From a virus: a DNA stretch of 64,000 bases. Numbering within the stretch: position 1 is the stretch's first letter; each line of letters starts with the position of its first letter. Under the pieces are notes generated by a model. The model made no database searches, was not told the origin of the DNA, and was given only the letters and a program-made list of their open reading frames with translations. Shown here piece by piece: positions 63,285 to 64,000 of this stretch. The stretch is from the IMG/VR virus record IMGVR_UViG_3300028027_000060, positions 6,062 to 70,061 of that record. One strand, 5' to 3'. Both the position numbers and the translations under genes were made by a program.

Positions 63285-63433
63285 GGCCTTTTTTTTACAA
63301 ATATATGCAACATCGTCAATTATCCAAATCCTAGACATTTCTTAAACTAACTATGGTTGGGGTCCCCCCCTAGTCCCCCCCAAGCGACCGCAACTTCCGA
63401 AACGCGTTTGGCAGGGGGGGTGGGGTCGTTTCC

Positions 63434-63449
63434 TGTTCCACGTGGAACA
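63434..63449. promoter_or_regulatory. parS-type palindrome TGTTCCACGTGGAACA
   Basis: Perfect 16-bp palindrome matching the chromosomal ParB/Spo0J parS consensus. Confidence 0.75.
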
Positions 63450-63596
63450 TATGGTTATGTATTAGTGTCACCTCGGCGGGGATAGGGGGACACAATCTGT
63501 TATGTAAGGATACAATGCACCACCATACAACATGTGCGGGGCCATATCAAACCATAATGCCGCCACTCTTGGTCTCCCACCCGTGGAGAAAGTAGA

Positions 63597-64000
63597 CTAA
63601 CCCACTGATAACCAACCACATGCCGCTAAACACTCTTGTAGTGCTACGTTTATGCATGGCCTTTTCTAGGGTAATCCCGCCCCCAATCCTAGTATTTTAA
63701 CACTTTTAACATTTCGCTCACAGGGCGTCTAGCACAGCCCCGAGGCGGGCATTCTTGGACTCCTAGCAGCCATGCCTGCGTGCCTATCCCCCTGCATATC
63801 AGCGCGTTAGGCCCAGAAACTGCTTGGATTTACCCCTTATTTAGACACATTCTCAATAGCATTCTGAGGGGGCATAGGGCCACTATCTCGGGCGCGGTGG
63901 TATATAGATATCACCCATGCAGCGAACGTCGATTTAAAGCGTTTTCCGCATGTTTACAGGGGTTTCGGGAGGGGGGCTTGGTTGGTTATCAGTGGGTTAG
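63597..64000. repeat. 22-bp perfect inverted repeat (63597-63618 / 63979-64000)
   Basis: CTAACCCACTGATAACCAACCA and its reverse complement; partial third copy ATCAGCGCGTTAG at 63798-63810. Confidence 0.8.

Noticed and set aside
1-64000. CRISPR array, DGR/reverse transcriptase, intron/intein, integrase, IS element
   Set aside because: No repeat-spacer periodicity and no RT, recombinase, transposase or splicing motifs seen by eye

Overview
About 64 kb of a tailed dsDNA bacteriophage, most likely a podovirus infecting Bacteroidota. The host inference rests on about 15 TAnnTTTG sigma promoters, A-rich translation starts without Shine-Dalgarno sequences, a BT4734-like primase-helicase and a crAss-like head-tail gene order. 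A long minus-strand morphogenesis arm (6047-53488) runs GroES-like proteins, terminase, portal, scaffold, major capsid, ring and stabilization proteins, large ejected/polyvalent proteins with an embedded ferritin, tail fibres, holin and CHAP endolysin. It is flanked by plus-strand replication, recombination and accessory genes: NinB, NinG, MazG-like, HTH initiator with iterons, primase-helicase, SSB-like, DnaA-C-like HTH and a phosphoesterase. Most notable: (1) small genes overprinted in the +1 frame inside the large virion polyproteins, two of them beside AT-rich effector modules bounded by a repeated KSKSSL linker, suggesting captured effector-partner cassettes; (2) two promoter-proximal kissing-loop terminator leaders with different sequences but the same architecture; (3) a tRNA-like RNA with a replaced anticodon region; (4) several promoter-to-terminator small RNAs; (5) a perfect parS palindrome and a 22-bp inverted repeat at the right end. 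All protein family calls are by motif recognition from memory; no database search was run.
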